Positions 63,991-64,000 of a stretch of DNA of 64,000 bases are shown here, piece by piece. How positions within the stretch are numbered: position 1 is the stretch's first letter; every line of letters begins with the position of its first letter. The position numbers and the translations under genes were made by a program. Where the stretch lies: the NCBI RefSeq assembly GCF_006345805.1, contig NC_043001.1:49910001-49974000 (forward strand), written 5' to 3'. Origin of the DNA: Octopus sinensis (lineage: Eukaryota). Below the pieces are notes generated by a model that was given only the letters and a program-made list of their open reading frames with translations, was not told the DNA's origin and did no database searches.

Positions 63991-64000
63991 GTAGGTGTGC

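Overview
This is AT-rich, microsatellite- and transposon-dense metazoan genomic DNA. The repeat families resemble those I recall from Octopus (coleoid cephalopod), but the species is an inference. The only host gene I can support is a minus-strand immunoglobulin-superfamily gene that the ORF track missed. It has a signal-peptide exon (CDS 52145-52103, MLFLLLLLPFVESK) and an Ig-domain exon (420-118). Their phases are compatible, implying an intron of about 51.7 kb that fills most of the window, and the gene continues past base 1. Nearly all other ORF-track entries are spurious or come from transposons. The intron contains: a young 5'-truncated RTE LINE with an intact 832-codon ORF, a PHD finger inside the RT region and a tandemly expanded 3' UTR; older RTE and Tx1/L1 LINE relics; mariner, maT and piggyBac relics with piggyBac and hAT MITEs; a non-autonomous Helitron; several tRNA-derived SINE families; and a Penelope-like GIY-YIG element. 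It also holds at least five hammerhead-ribozyme loci from different Penelope-like families, one with a fully intact core. About 20 copies of one SINE family all lie in the same orientation. I could not prove a wholly new biological system. Most repeat boundaries are approximate, to within tens of bases.
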